A stretch of DNA of 64,000 bases from Terriglobia bacterium. Lineage in GTDB: Bacteria; Acidobacteriota; Terriglobia; Terriglobales; Acidobacteriaceae. Location: assembly GCA_963734265.1 (NCBI GenBank), contig CAVTGN010000002.1, forward strand, positions 417,102 to 481,101. Direction: 5' to 3'. The notes below the pieces were generated by a model. That model had not been told where the DNA came from. It was given only the letters and a program-made list of their open reading frames with translations, and ran no database searches. Each line of letters starts with the position of its first letter. The stretch's first letter is position 1. The position numbers were made by a program, and so were the translations under genes. Positions 56,978-64,000 of this stretch are shown here, piece by piece.

Positions 56978-57121
56978 GTGTGGGGCGGGCGCCCCCGCCC
57001 GCCGCTTTGAAGTTGGTTTTGAGGATCTTACAGCCGCGGGAAGCTAAATAGCCTTTGGAGGAAGTGCCGGCATTCAAAAAATCAAAGTCAAAAGCGGCGG
57101 GCGAGGGCGCCCGCCCCACAC
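56978..57121. repeat. REP-C copy 3
   Basis: GTGTGGGGCGGGCGCCCCCGCCCGCCGCTTTG ... AAAGCGGCGGGCGAGGGCGCCCGCCCCACAC has about 30-bp near-perfect terminal inverted repeats. It lies between the convergent mscL and dnaN 3' ends. Confidence 0.9.
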
Positions 57122-57130
57122 GGTTCGTGG

Positions 57131-58246
57131 TCAGATCCGCATGGGCATGACGATGTAGCGGTACTTGTAATCTTCGCTATCGGCGGGGCGCAGTTGGCCG
57201 GCTGACTGGGCGTCTTTGAATTCGAGCTTTACGTCGCCGGCTCCCACTGCCTTGAGGAAGTCGAGAATATATTGGGCGTTGAAGCCGACGGTCAAAGAGT
57301 CGCCCTGATAGCTGGTTTCGATGGTGTCTTCCGATTCGCCGGTTTCGGTCGAGGAGGCGGAAAGCTTGAGTTCGCCCTTCTCCATGCGCAGACGCACGGC
57401 GCGCGAGCGTTCATCGGCAAACTGGGCCACGCGGGAGATGGCAGCGCTCAGATCACTGCCCGGCAGGGTGACGCTCTTGGTGTTGTCCTTGGGCAGCACC
57501 GCCTCGAAATTGGGGAACTGTCCGGTCAGTTGGCGCGAGGTCAGCAGGCGCGGCCCGATGCGGAAGTACAGGGTCGATTCGTCCTTGGCAAACTCAATGA
57601 CTTCCGCGTCGGTGGAGTCGAGCAGCGACCGCAGTTCGTCCATCGCCTTTTTGGGGATGAGCGTCTTCAGTTCGCCTGAAACGCCTTCAAATTTCTCTCC
57701 GCTGCGTTCGATGTGCGCCAGGCGGTGTCCGTCGGTAGCGACCATAGTGATCGACTCCGGCTTCAGTACCATCAGGGCGCCGTTCAAGGTATAGCGCGAT
57801 TCTTCGCTGGCAATCGCAAACCCGGTTTTGGCGATCATTCCACGCAACACCTGGGCCGGAATCTTGACCACACCGACAGTCGGAAATACCGGCAACGTCG
57901 GAAAATTTGACCGGGCCATCCCGACCATTTTCGTATTCGAGCGTCCACAGCGAATGCTGATCCAGTGATTTTCCAGCAGCTTGATGGTAATGTCGGCGTC
58001 CGGCAGCAGTTTCACGTAGTCATGCAGTTTGCGGGCAGGGATGGTACAGGAACCTTCCTTTTTTACCTTGGCGCTGCAGGCGGTGCGCAGGCTCAGGTCG
58101 AGATCGGTAGCGGTGAGGGATAACTTGTCGCCCGAAGCTTCAAATAAATAGTTGGAGAGGATTGGAATCGTGGTCTTCCGTTCCACCACTCCCTGGGTCG
58201 CAGTCAGTTCCCGCAAAAGTTCAAATTTGCTGACTGTGATTTCCAT
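57131..58246 (-). CDS. dnaN: DNA polymerase III subunit beta
   Basis: Start MEITVSKFELLRELTATQGVVERKTTIPILSNYLFEA. Ends ...YRYIVMPMRI. Length 371 aa, downstream of dnaA. Confidence 0.95.
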   Translation of the reverse strand: MEITVSKFELLRELTATQGVVERKTTIPILSNYLFEASGDKLSLTATDLDLSLRTACSAKVKKEGSCTIPARKLHDYVKLLPDADITIKLLENHWISIRCGRSNTKMVGMARSNFPTLPVFPTVGVVKIPAQVLRGMIAKTGFAIASEESRYTLNGALMVLKPESITMVATDGHRLAHIERSGEKFEGVSGELKTLIPKKAMDELRSLLDSTDAEVIEFAKDESTLYFRIGPRLLTSRQLTGQFPNFEAVLPKDNTKSVTLPGSDLSAAISRVAQFADERSRAVRLRMEKGELKLSASSTETGESEDTIETSYQGDSLTVGFNAQYILDFLKAVGAGDVKLEFKDAQSAGQLRPADSEDYKYRYIVMPMRI

Positions 58247-58288
58247 GGTGGCGGTCCCTGTGGCTGCGGCCATCGCTTCTACCGGCAT

Positions 58289-58594
58289 AACCCAAATCTC
58301 CCGTCAGACGGCGCTACTTTGAGTACTTCCCTTATATCAAAATAAAAACTAATAAGACTAGTAGTAACAGTAGGGGCCGCGTAAAAGTGGAAATCCGGTC
58401 AAACCCCCACCGCGGCTGGCTTCTCCGCGTATACCCGTCTGTCTAAAACTAGACCGGCATTTGGCGGAGATGAAGGTATCGTTTGGCCGTGCCTCGCGAT
58501 TCCGTCCGGCTCTTGCACACCTTCCACACCCGATTCACAGAGCCGATCAAGGAAGACTTTGCTGCTGAGTGGAAATCTGTGTAGAAGGCGCGTC
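58289..58594. other. candidate oriC / DNA-unwinding module in the dnaA-dnaN spacer
   Basis: It holds the most AT-rich tract of the window (58331-58358, CTTATATCAAAATAAAAACTAATAAG). That runs into eight trinucleotides TAA TAA GAC TAG TAG TAA CAG TAG (58350-58373). Next come the GC cluster GGGCCGCG (58374-58381) and AGTGGAAATC (58386-58395). The same 10-mer recurs at 58568-58577. Confidence 0.45.
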
Positions 58595-59971
58595 TCACCC
58601 GCCCAACTGCTCAGTCATCTTATTGATCAGCCTGTTTAAATCTTTGTCGGTCTTGCGGGTGCCATCGATTTTATCGACCGAGTGCAGCACCGTGGTGTGA
58701 TGCTTGCCGCCAAATTGACGTCCGATCTCCGGCAACGATGCCTCGGTCAGATGTTTGGCCAGGTACATGGCGATTTGCCGGGGGTAGACAATCGCGCGCG
58801 AGTTGTTCTTGGCCTTGATCTCCACCAGTCGCAAACCGAACTGCTCCGCCACCGCCTTCTGGATGGATTCGATGGTGACCTTGCGGGCTTGCGAGTCGAT
58901 GAAATTCTTGAGCACCTGCTGGGTGTAGGGCAGCGTGATCTCGGCGCCGATCAGGGAAGAGTGCGCCACCAGGCGGATCAGCGCACCTTCCAGTTCGCGA
59001 ACGTTGGAGCGGATATTCGATGCGATGTAGAGTGCCACGTCGGTCGGCAGCGTGACCTTTTCCTGCTCGGCTTTCTTCTGCAGAATCGCTACCTTGGTTT
59101 CGAGGTCGGGCGGCTGAATGTCAGCGATCAATCCCCACTCGAAGCGGCTGCGCAGGCGGTCTTCGATCTCCGCCAATTCCTTGGGCGGACGGTCGCTGGC
59201 GATCACGATCTGCTTCATGGACTCGTGCAGCGCGTTGAAGGTATGGAAGAATTCTTCCTGCGTCCGTTCCTTTTGAGCGAGGAACTGGATATCGTCCACC
59301 AGCAGCACGTCCACGTTGCGGAACTTGTCGCGGAAGCTGATCATCTTGTCGTAGCGCAGCGAGTTGATCATCTCGTTGGTGAACTTCTCGCTGGAGACAT
59401 AGCAGATCGCGGACTGCGGTTGCCGGCGCTTGATCTCGTGACCGATGGCCTGCATCAGGTGCGTCTTGCCCATGCCGACGCCGCCGTACAGGAAGAGCGG
59501 GTTGTAGGCTTTGGACGGACGCTCCGATACCGCCTGGCAGGCGGCGTGCGCAAATTGATTGCCGCTGCCGATCACGAAGGCGTCAAAGGTGTAGCGCTGA
59601 TTCAGTTGCGCCGCGCCGTCCCAATCGAAGCGCGATTGCGAGACATGAGTCGGGGCGGGGGCGTGAGCCGAGAGTCCGCCGTCGTGCCGCACTGGCGTGG
59701 AAGCCGGGTCATCCTCGGGCGTAACAAACTTCACTTCCTGAAATTCGCCGCCCAGGTTGTCGAGGGCTTCCTGGATCAGATCGGCATACTTGTCTCCCAC
59801 GTGGCGGAACTCCGCCGTGGGCACACGCACGAAAAGGATGGCGCCGCTGGAGTGGCTGTACTTGGTGGGCTTCAGCCAGGTGTCGTAGGAATGCCGGTTG
59901 ATCTTTTTTTCCAGCGCATCCAGAACGCGTAACCACGGATTGGGAGAGAGGCTTGGAACAGGAACAGACAT
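58595..59971 (-). CDS. dnaA: chromosomal replication initiator protein DnaA
   Basis: 458 aa with Walker A GGVGMGKTHL, LLVDDIQFL and the C-terminal DNA-binding region IGRQFGGKHHTTVLHS. Confidence 0.97.
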   Translation of the reverse strand: MSVPVPSLSPNPWLRVLDALEKKINRHSYDTWLKPTKYSHSSGAILFVRVPTAEFRHVGDKYADLIQEALDNLGGEFQEVKFVTPEDDPASTPVRHDGGLSAHAPAPTHVSQSRFDWDGAAQLNQRYTFDAFVIGSGNQFAHAACQAVSERPSKAYNPLFLYGGVGMGKTHLMQAIGHEIKRRQPQSAICYVSSEKFTNEMINSLRYDKMISFRDKFRNVDVLLVDDIQFLAQKERTQEEFFHTFNALHESMKQIVIASDRPPKELAEIEDRLRSRFEWGLIADIQPPDLETKVAILQKKAEQEKVTLPTDVALYIASNIRSNVRELEGALIRLVAHSSLIGAEITLPYTQQVLKNFIDSQARKVTIESIQKAVAEQFGLRLVEIKAKNNSRAIVYPRQIAMYLAKHLTEASLPEIGRQFGGKHHTTVLHSVDKIDGTRKTDKDLNRLINKMTEQLGG

Positions 59972-60146
59972 ATATAAAATTTTTTCCTCGGGCTGCGGCC
60001 AGACTCAGCGCCCGGTATCAAATCATTGCAGCAAAAATGCTTTCATTTCCAGCGGAGCAGCCTCTGCTCGTTGGGGGCAGTTACGCTGGGTTCAGAAAAT
60101 TTCTGTAAGCTGGAACAGTCCGGCATACTAGCACAATTTTTTTCTC

Positions 60147-60176
60147 TCTGCGGGAATCTTCTCCGCAGATTTTTTT
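60147..60176 (+). terminator. intrinsic terminator-like hairpin on the + strand in the dnaA-rpmH spacer
   Basis: Perfect 7-bp stem TCTGCGG / CCGCAGA with a 9-nt loop, followed by seven T (60170-60176). No annotated + strand gene lies upstream of it. Confidence 0.5.
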
Positions 60177-60265
60177 GCGCACTACGATTCAGAACCCGAA
60201 CCAAACCTTCTGTCAAGTGTTCAAGTTATAACTGCCGCGCGCGTGGTGCAGAAATGTTGCTGCCT

Positions 60266-60412
60266 GAGGCGCGGGCGCCCCCGCCCGTCCGCTTTTGATT
60301 TGGAGTTTGAATTTCGAAAGTTGCGCGTAACCGCGTTACCATTCAGTGGGCTGGACAGACTCGCAAACCAACGTAACTTCAAAAGCGGCAGGCGAGGGCG
60401 CCCGCCCCACAC
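60266..60412. repeat. REP-C copy 4 (degenerate left terminus)
   Basis: GAGGCGCGGGCGCCCCCGCCCGTCCGCTTTTG ... AAAAGCGGCAGGCGAGGGCGCCCGCCCCACAC. Confidence 0.85.
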
Positions 60413-60431
60413 AGTCCTCGTGCCTCCCGGT

Positions 60432-60460
60432 TTGCCCGCTTGCTGCGGCTCATTTATACT
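60432..60460 (+). promoter_or_regulatory. candidate sigma-70 promoter of the rpmH operon (TTGCCC-N17-TATACT)
   Basis: TTGCCC is at 60432-60437 and TATACT at 60455-60460, with exactly 17 nt between them. It lies 50 nt upstream of the rpmH ATG. AGGAG is at 60493-60497. Confidence 0.45.
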
Positions 60461-60509
60461 TCTCATTCGCTTTAAACGAGACTTAGTTCATCAGGAGCAG
60501 CGATTTTTC

Positions 60510-60665
60510 ATGCCCAAGCGCACATTCCAGCCCAACCGTCGTCACCGCTCGAAGACGCACGGATTTCTTACGCGGATGAAGACCAAGGCCGGCCGCGCCG
60601 TGATCTCGCGGCGCCGCGCCAAGGGCCGCAAGCGGGTGTCGGTAAAGCCCGGCTTCCGTGAGTAG
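60510..60665 (+). CDS. rpmH: 50S ribosomal protein L34
   Basis: [45 protein letters not shown]. The upstream part of ORF 60243..60665 is REP-C read-through, not coding. Confidence 0.95.
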   Translation: MPKRTFQPNRRHRSKTHGFLTRMKTKAGRAVISRRRAKGRKRVSVKPGFRE

Positions 60666-60720
60666 GTGTTCCTCTTTTTCGGACTCGGCAGCAGTTTTGC
60701 AATCCAGGTTGGGGGCGTGA

Positions 60721-61128
60721 ATGGTGAGCGCTCTCGCTCCGAATGGCAGTGCCAACGTGTCCGGTTCCGCCCGGCGAAACCAGTTCCCGCGCAGCGTACG
60801 GTTGCTCCGGCATGCGGACTTCGAGCGAGTGTACAAACTGGGGAAACGTCACTTCGCCGCTTTCATGACCGTATTTTATCTGCGGCGCGCGGAAGGCGTT
60901 GGCCCGCGAGTTGGATTCACCGTCAGCAAAGTGCTGGGCGGCGCCGTGGTGCGCAATCGCATGAAGCGGCGCTTGCGCGAGGCGGTCCGGTTGCACGGCA
61001 CTATTCCGGCTGGTGTGGATGTTGTGATCAATCCCAAGAAGTCGCTGTTGACGACGCCCTTCGCGGATTTGCGGAATGAAATTCGCCGGGCGTTCGAAGT
61101 AATCGAAAAGGCAGCGGGTAACAAGTAG
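60721..61128 (+). CDS. rnpA: ribonuclease P protein component
   Basis: RLLRHADFERVYKLGKR...GFTVSKVLGGAVVRNRMKRRLREA (RNR motif), in the position after rpmH. Confidence 0.9.
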   Translation: MVSALAPNGSANVSGSARRNQFPRSVRLLRHADFERVYKLGKRHFAAFMTVFYLRRAEGVGPRVGFTVSKVLGGAVVRNRMKRRLREAVRLHGTIPAGVDVVINPKKSLLTTPFADLRNEIRRAFEVIEKAAGNK

Positions 61129-61142
61129 GAGATGACCAAGAT

Positions 61143-61270
61143 CCTGGGTGCCCCAGGTTTGCCTGATTTTGGCAAACCTGGGAGCCGATAGATTGAGGGC
61201 ACACATCCGTGAGTCGTGAGGCCGTTCGAATCCCAGGTCTCGCAACCCCGGCGAGACCTGGGGCACCCGG
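61143..61270. repeat. REP-I: double-hairpin element with CTGGGTGCCCCAGGT / ACCTGGGGCACCCGG termini
   Basis: Two perfect 12-bp stems are present: CCCAGGTTTGCC-7 nt-GGCAAACCTGGG (61152-61182) and CCCAGGTCTCGC-7 nt-GCGAGACCTGGG (61232-61262). It lies between rnpA and yidD. Confidence 0.85.
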
Positions 61271-61303
61271 AAGTTAGTTTGGAAGTTACGGTGAAGAACT
61301 AGC

Positions 61304-61612
61304 GTGAAAACCATGAGCCAGATTTTGAGAACCCTGGTGCTCGGTCTGCTCCGCGGCTACAAGTGGGCGATCTCGCCGCTCTTGTCCCCGGCCTGCCGCT
61401 ATGTGCCCACCTGTTCTGACTATGCGGTGGAAGCCGTGGATCGCTACGGCGTATTTCGTGGTGGCCTGATGGCGATACGGCGAGTGCTCCGCTGTCATCC
61501 TTTTGTGAAGGGCGGTTACGATCCAGTGGCTCCGTCCCGTCCGCTAAGCTCGAAGGATTTAAACCCAGCGCCGAATGGATTGCCATCCGCGAGTTGCGCG
61601 GCTGCCGAGTAG
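61304..61612 (+). CDS. yidD: membrane protein insertion efficiency factor YidD
   Basis: [35 protein letters not shown]...LRCHPF. The start is GTG 61304 or ATG 61313. The roughly 35-aa C-terminal tail is longer than usual. Confidence 0.9.
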   Translation: MKTMSQILRTLVLGLLRGYKWAISPLLSPACRYVPTCSDYAVEAVDRYGVFRGGLMAIRRVLRCHPFVKGGYDPVAPSRPLSSKDLNPAPNGLPSASCAAAE

Positions 61613-61617
61613 CGAAT

Positions 61618-63348
61618 TTGCCAGAATTTCCCAATCCTCAACAAGATCCCGGGATGGAGCGCCGGCTGCTGCTGGTGTTCGCGCTCACGTTTCTGGTCAT
61701 CATTCTGTTTCAGCCGCTGCTGAAGAAGTACTTGCCGCAGCCTCCGGCTCCCGCTCCCCAAACCCAGGCGCCAGTTTCCACTCCTGCACCGTCACCTGCG
61801 ATGGAGTCCAGGATCGCCGCCCCGACTACCGGGGAAGGCAAACAGGCTGCAGCGGAATCTGAAACCGTCGTCGAAAGCGATTTCTATCGCATCACGTTTA
61901 CCAACCGCGGGGCTCAGGTTAAGTCATGGGTTCTCAAGAAGTACGACGACGACCACAGGCGACCTCTCGATCTGGTCAGCAAAGCGGCGGAAAAATACGG
62001 CTACCCCTTATCGCTGTGGACCTACGATGAGACGCAGCGCAACAAAATTAATTCCGCGCTCTTCGTGGCTTCCGAGTCGGGTAACGTCACTGCTCCAGCT
62101 TCAGTCACTTTCGAATACGCCGATCAGGATGTCGTGGTCCGCAAGACTTTCAGCTTTGATCAAAGTTATGTAATTCACATGGAAACCTCGGTCCTGGCCA
62201 AGGGCAGCCCGGTGACTGCGTTTCCCATGTGGCCGGCCGGCTTCGGTGATCAACTGAGTCCCGCGTCCTACGCCACCAGCCGGATCGAGCACCAGTACAA
62301 CAGCGACACCACACGTCTGGACATCAAGAAAGTCAGTGGTGGCGCGACCGTGCCCGGTCCGTTCGATTGGGCGGGCGTCGTCGACCAGTACTTCGCCGCC
62401 GTCTTTCTGCCCGACGATCCGCAGAGCGCCGCTGCCGTCACTCTGCGCAATCCGGTCGATATCCCCAAAGACTGGCGCAATCCCAATCCGCAGGAAACCA
62501 TCAAGGCAGACGTCCTGGGCGTTGCCGTCGGTAATCTCCGGGGACCGACGCTCGACCGCCTGTACGTGGGTCCCAAGTCGCTGGGTGTTCTCGAATCCGT
62601 ATCTGTGCCCACTGTGGTCGGCGCCCCGCAGGATCTTCGCGCCCTGGTTAACTTCGGTTTCTTTGGCGTGATCGCGCGGCCTCTGTTCCTCTGGCTCAAG
62701 TGGACTTACGAAAAAGTTATTCATAACTGGGGCTGGGCGATCGCGATCCAGACCTTGATCATCAACCTGGCGTTGTTGCCGCTGCGCATCTCCAGCATGA
62801 AGTCGGCGCTGAAGATGCAAAAAGTTGCGCCGCAGATCAAGGCGATTCAGGAAAAGTATAAGAAGTACAGCATGCGCGATCCGCGCAAGCAGGAGATGAA
62901 TCAGGAAGTCTCGGCCTTATACAAAGCCGAAGGCGTAAACCCGGTGGGCGGATGCCTGCCCATGGTCATCCAGATGCCATTCCTGTTCGCGTACTACAGC
63001 ATGCTGGGCGCGGCGCTGGACTTGCGGCATGCGCCCTGGCTGTGGATTCACGATCTCTCGTCGCCCGACCCGTGGCATATCTTGCCCATCGGCATTATCA
63101 TCACCATGCTGCTCACGCAGCGCATGACGCCGCAACCCGGCATGGACCCGTCGCAACAGAAGATGATGACCTTGATGATGCCGCTCATGCTGGGCGTCAT
63201 CAGCTGGAACCTGGCCGCAGGCTTGTGTCTGTACTGGTCCGAGGGCAACCTGATCGCAATTGTGCAGCAGGCAGTGATGAACCGCACCAGCCTGGGCCGG
63301 GAGATGCGTGAGCTTGCGCTGAAGCGGGCGAGGAAGAAAGAGAAATGA
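61618..63348 (+). CDS. yidC: membrane protein insertase YidC
   Basis: (M)PEFPNPQQDPGMERRLLLVFALTFLVIILF, a large periplasmic domain and the conserved core KMQKVAPQIKAIQEKYK...GCLPMVIQMPFLFAYY. The start is TTG 61618 (6 nt after the yidD stop) or ATG 61654. Confidence 0.93.
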   Translation: MPEFPNPQQDPGMERRLLLVFALTFLVIILFQPLLKKYLPQPPAPAPQTQAPVSTPAPSPAMESRIAAPTTGEGKQAAAESETVVESDFYRITFTNRGAQVKSWVLKKYDDDHRRPLDLVSKAAEKYGYPLSLWTYDETQRNKINSALFVASESGNVTAPASVTFEYADQDVVVRKTFSFDQSYVIHMETSVLAKGSPVTAFPMWPAGFGDQLSPASYATSRIEHQYNSDTTRLDIKKVSGGATVPGPFDWAGVVDQYFAAVFLPDDPQSAAAVTLRNPVDIPKDWRNPNPQETIKADVLGVAVGNLRGPTLDRLYVGPKSLGVLESVSVPTVVGAPQDLRALVNFGFFGVIARPLFLWLKWTYEKVIHNWGWAIAIQTLIINLALLPLRISSMKSALKMQKVAPQIKAIQEKYKKYSMRDPRKQEMNQEVSALYKAEGVNPVGGCLPMVIQMPFLFAYYSMLGAALDLRHAPWLWIHDLSSPDPWHILPIGIIITMLLTQRMTPQPGMDPSQQKMMTLMMPLMLGVISWNLAAGLCLYWSEGNLIAIVQQAVMNRTSLGREMRELALKRARKKEK

Positions 63349-63428
63349 GCTATTAGCTTTTAGCCTTTAGCTCTTAGCCAAGGACCCAAGGGATTGAGCT
63401 AAGAGCTAAATGCTAATTGCCAAGAGCT
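63349..63428. repeat. REP-F copy 3
   Basis: GCTATTAGCTTTTAGCCTTTAGCTCTTAGCCAAGG ... GAGCTAAGAGCTAAATGCTAATTGCCAAGAGCTG begins immediately after the yidC stop. Confidence 0.8.
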
Positions 63429-63435
63429 GCTTCTT

Positions 63436-63975
63436 ATGTCTATTCCCGACAAAATTGCCGCCGCCAACAAGATCAACGAACTGCTGAAAGGCATCGTCAG
63501 CAACGGCGGTTTGCGCCTGAAGTACCGCATCACCGTGGATCCGCCTTTGCAGGAAGACCGGGACTGGGAGCGGCCCGAGATTCTGGTGGAGTTCGCCGGC
63601 CCCGACTCGCCCCTGCTGCTGGAACGCGGAGGCGAACTGCTGCGCGCCGTCGAATTCCTCGCGCTCGAAATGCTGCGCCTGCCCGGCAACGAACACGAGA
63701 AAGTCTGCTTCGACTGCATGAACCATCGAGGCATGCGCCTGGAGGAGTTGCGCCTGGCAGCCGGCGTGGCCGCAGAAAGAGTGCGCAAAACTGGCGCCCC
63801 CTATGAGTTCGCGCCCATGTCTTCGCGCGAGCGCCGCATCGTTCACCTGGCCCTGCGCGACCACTCCGATCTGCGCACGCAGAGCGAAGGAGAGGGCCTG
63901 CGCCGTTATGTAGTGGTGTATCCACAAAACTACAAGCCCGCAGCGGCCAGGCCTCCGCGAAAAACCCTTCCCTGA
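63436..63975 (+). CDS. jag: Jag/KhpB family RNA-binding protein (KH plus R3H domains)
   Basis: 179 aa with the R3H region MSSRERRIVHLALRDHSDLRTQSEGEGLRRYVVV, in the conserved position after yidC. Confidence 0.85.
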   Translation: MSIPDKIAAANKINELLKGIVSNGGLRLKYRITVDPPLQEDRDWERPEILVEFAGPDSPLLLERGGELLRAVEFLALEMLRLPGNEHEKVCFDCMNHRGMRLEELRLAAGVAAERVRKTGAPYEFAPMSSRERRIVHLALRDHSDLRTQSEGEGLRRYVVVYPQNYKPAAARPPRKTLP

Positions 63976-64000
63976 GTAGTGAAGAAGGACTGTGTGGGGA

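Noticed and set aside
56417-57130. Missing recF between dnaN and gyrB, and gyrB on the opposite strand, as evidence against an origin region
   Set aside because: The dnaA-dnaN-recF-gyrB order is frequent but not universal. dnaA, dnaN, rpmH, rnpA, yidD, yidC and jag are all present in the canonical arrangement.
61224-61234. GTTCGAATCCC, a tRNA T-loop-like string
   Set aside because: The flanking bases cannot form a T-arm stem (AGGCC versus TCCCA), and no acceptor or anticodon arms can be drawn. It lies inside REP-I. I found no tRNA, tmRNA, RNase P RNA or SRP RNA signature elsewhere in the window.

Overview
High-GC (about 58-60 % by eye) bacterial chromosomal segment covering the replication-origin neighbourhood. 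rpmH-rnpA-yidD-yidC-jag on the + strand diverge from dnaA-dnaN on the - strand, with gyrB about 2 kb and gyrA about 14 kb beyond dnaN. The rest is mostly housekeeping and envelope functions: acnA, folD, coaE, an HtrA-like protease, ggt, asnS, arginase, ddl, a ThrC-family enzyme with a sulfur-carrier protein, yceD-rpmF-plsX-fabD, dksA, fabG, hpnH and mscL. There is also one TetR-HlyD-ABC efflux operon, a Ser/Thr kinase and about a dozen hypothetical secreted or membrane proteins. Protein style and the repeat families suggest Acidobacteriota, but that is inference only. I found no rRNA, tRNA, CRISPR array, transposase, integrase, prophage or recognisable defence or toxin-antitoxin module. Three things stand out. 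(1) About 25 copies of at least nine families of palindromic REP/MITE-like elements (about 2.8 kb, roughly 4 % of the window by my coordinates) sit at gene ends, and two of them reshape CDS 3' ends. (2) At least nine single-base insertions, all +1 and mostly in short homopolymers, split otherwise intact genes including gyrA, thrC and hpnH (twice); assembly error is the most parsimonious explanation. (3) Several arrangements merit follow-up: a ThrC-family plus ThiS/MoaD pair (MetM/MetO-like) whose carrier lacks a stop after GG; a dnaA-dnaN spacer with an AT-rich tract, a DnaA-trio-like array, a GC cluster and a box-like motif; a lone GvpF/L gene; an SRPBCC-DoxX plus DUF4166 pair joined by a 15-bp x3 repeat; tandem paralogous secreted proteins; and a CsgG-like gene next to a Q/M-rich secreted protein. 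I do not see compelling evidence for a wholly new multi-gene system. All function calls come from motif recognition on the translated ORFs, with no database search.
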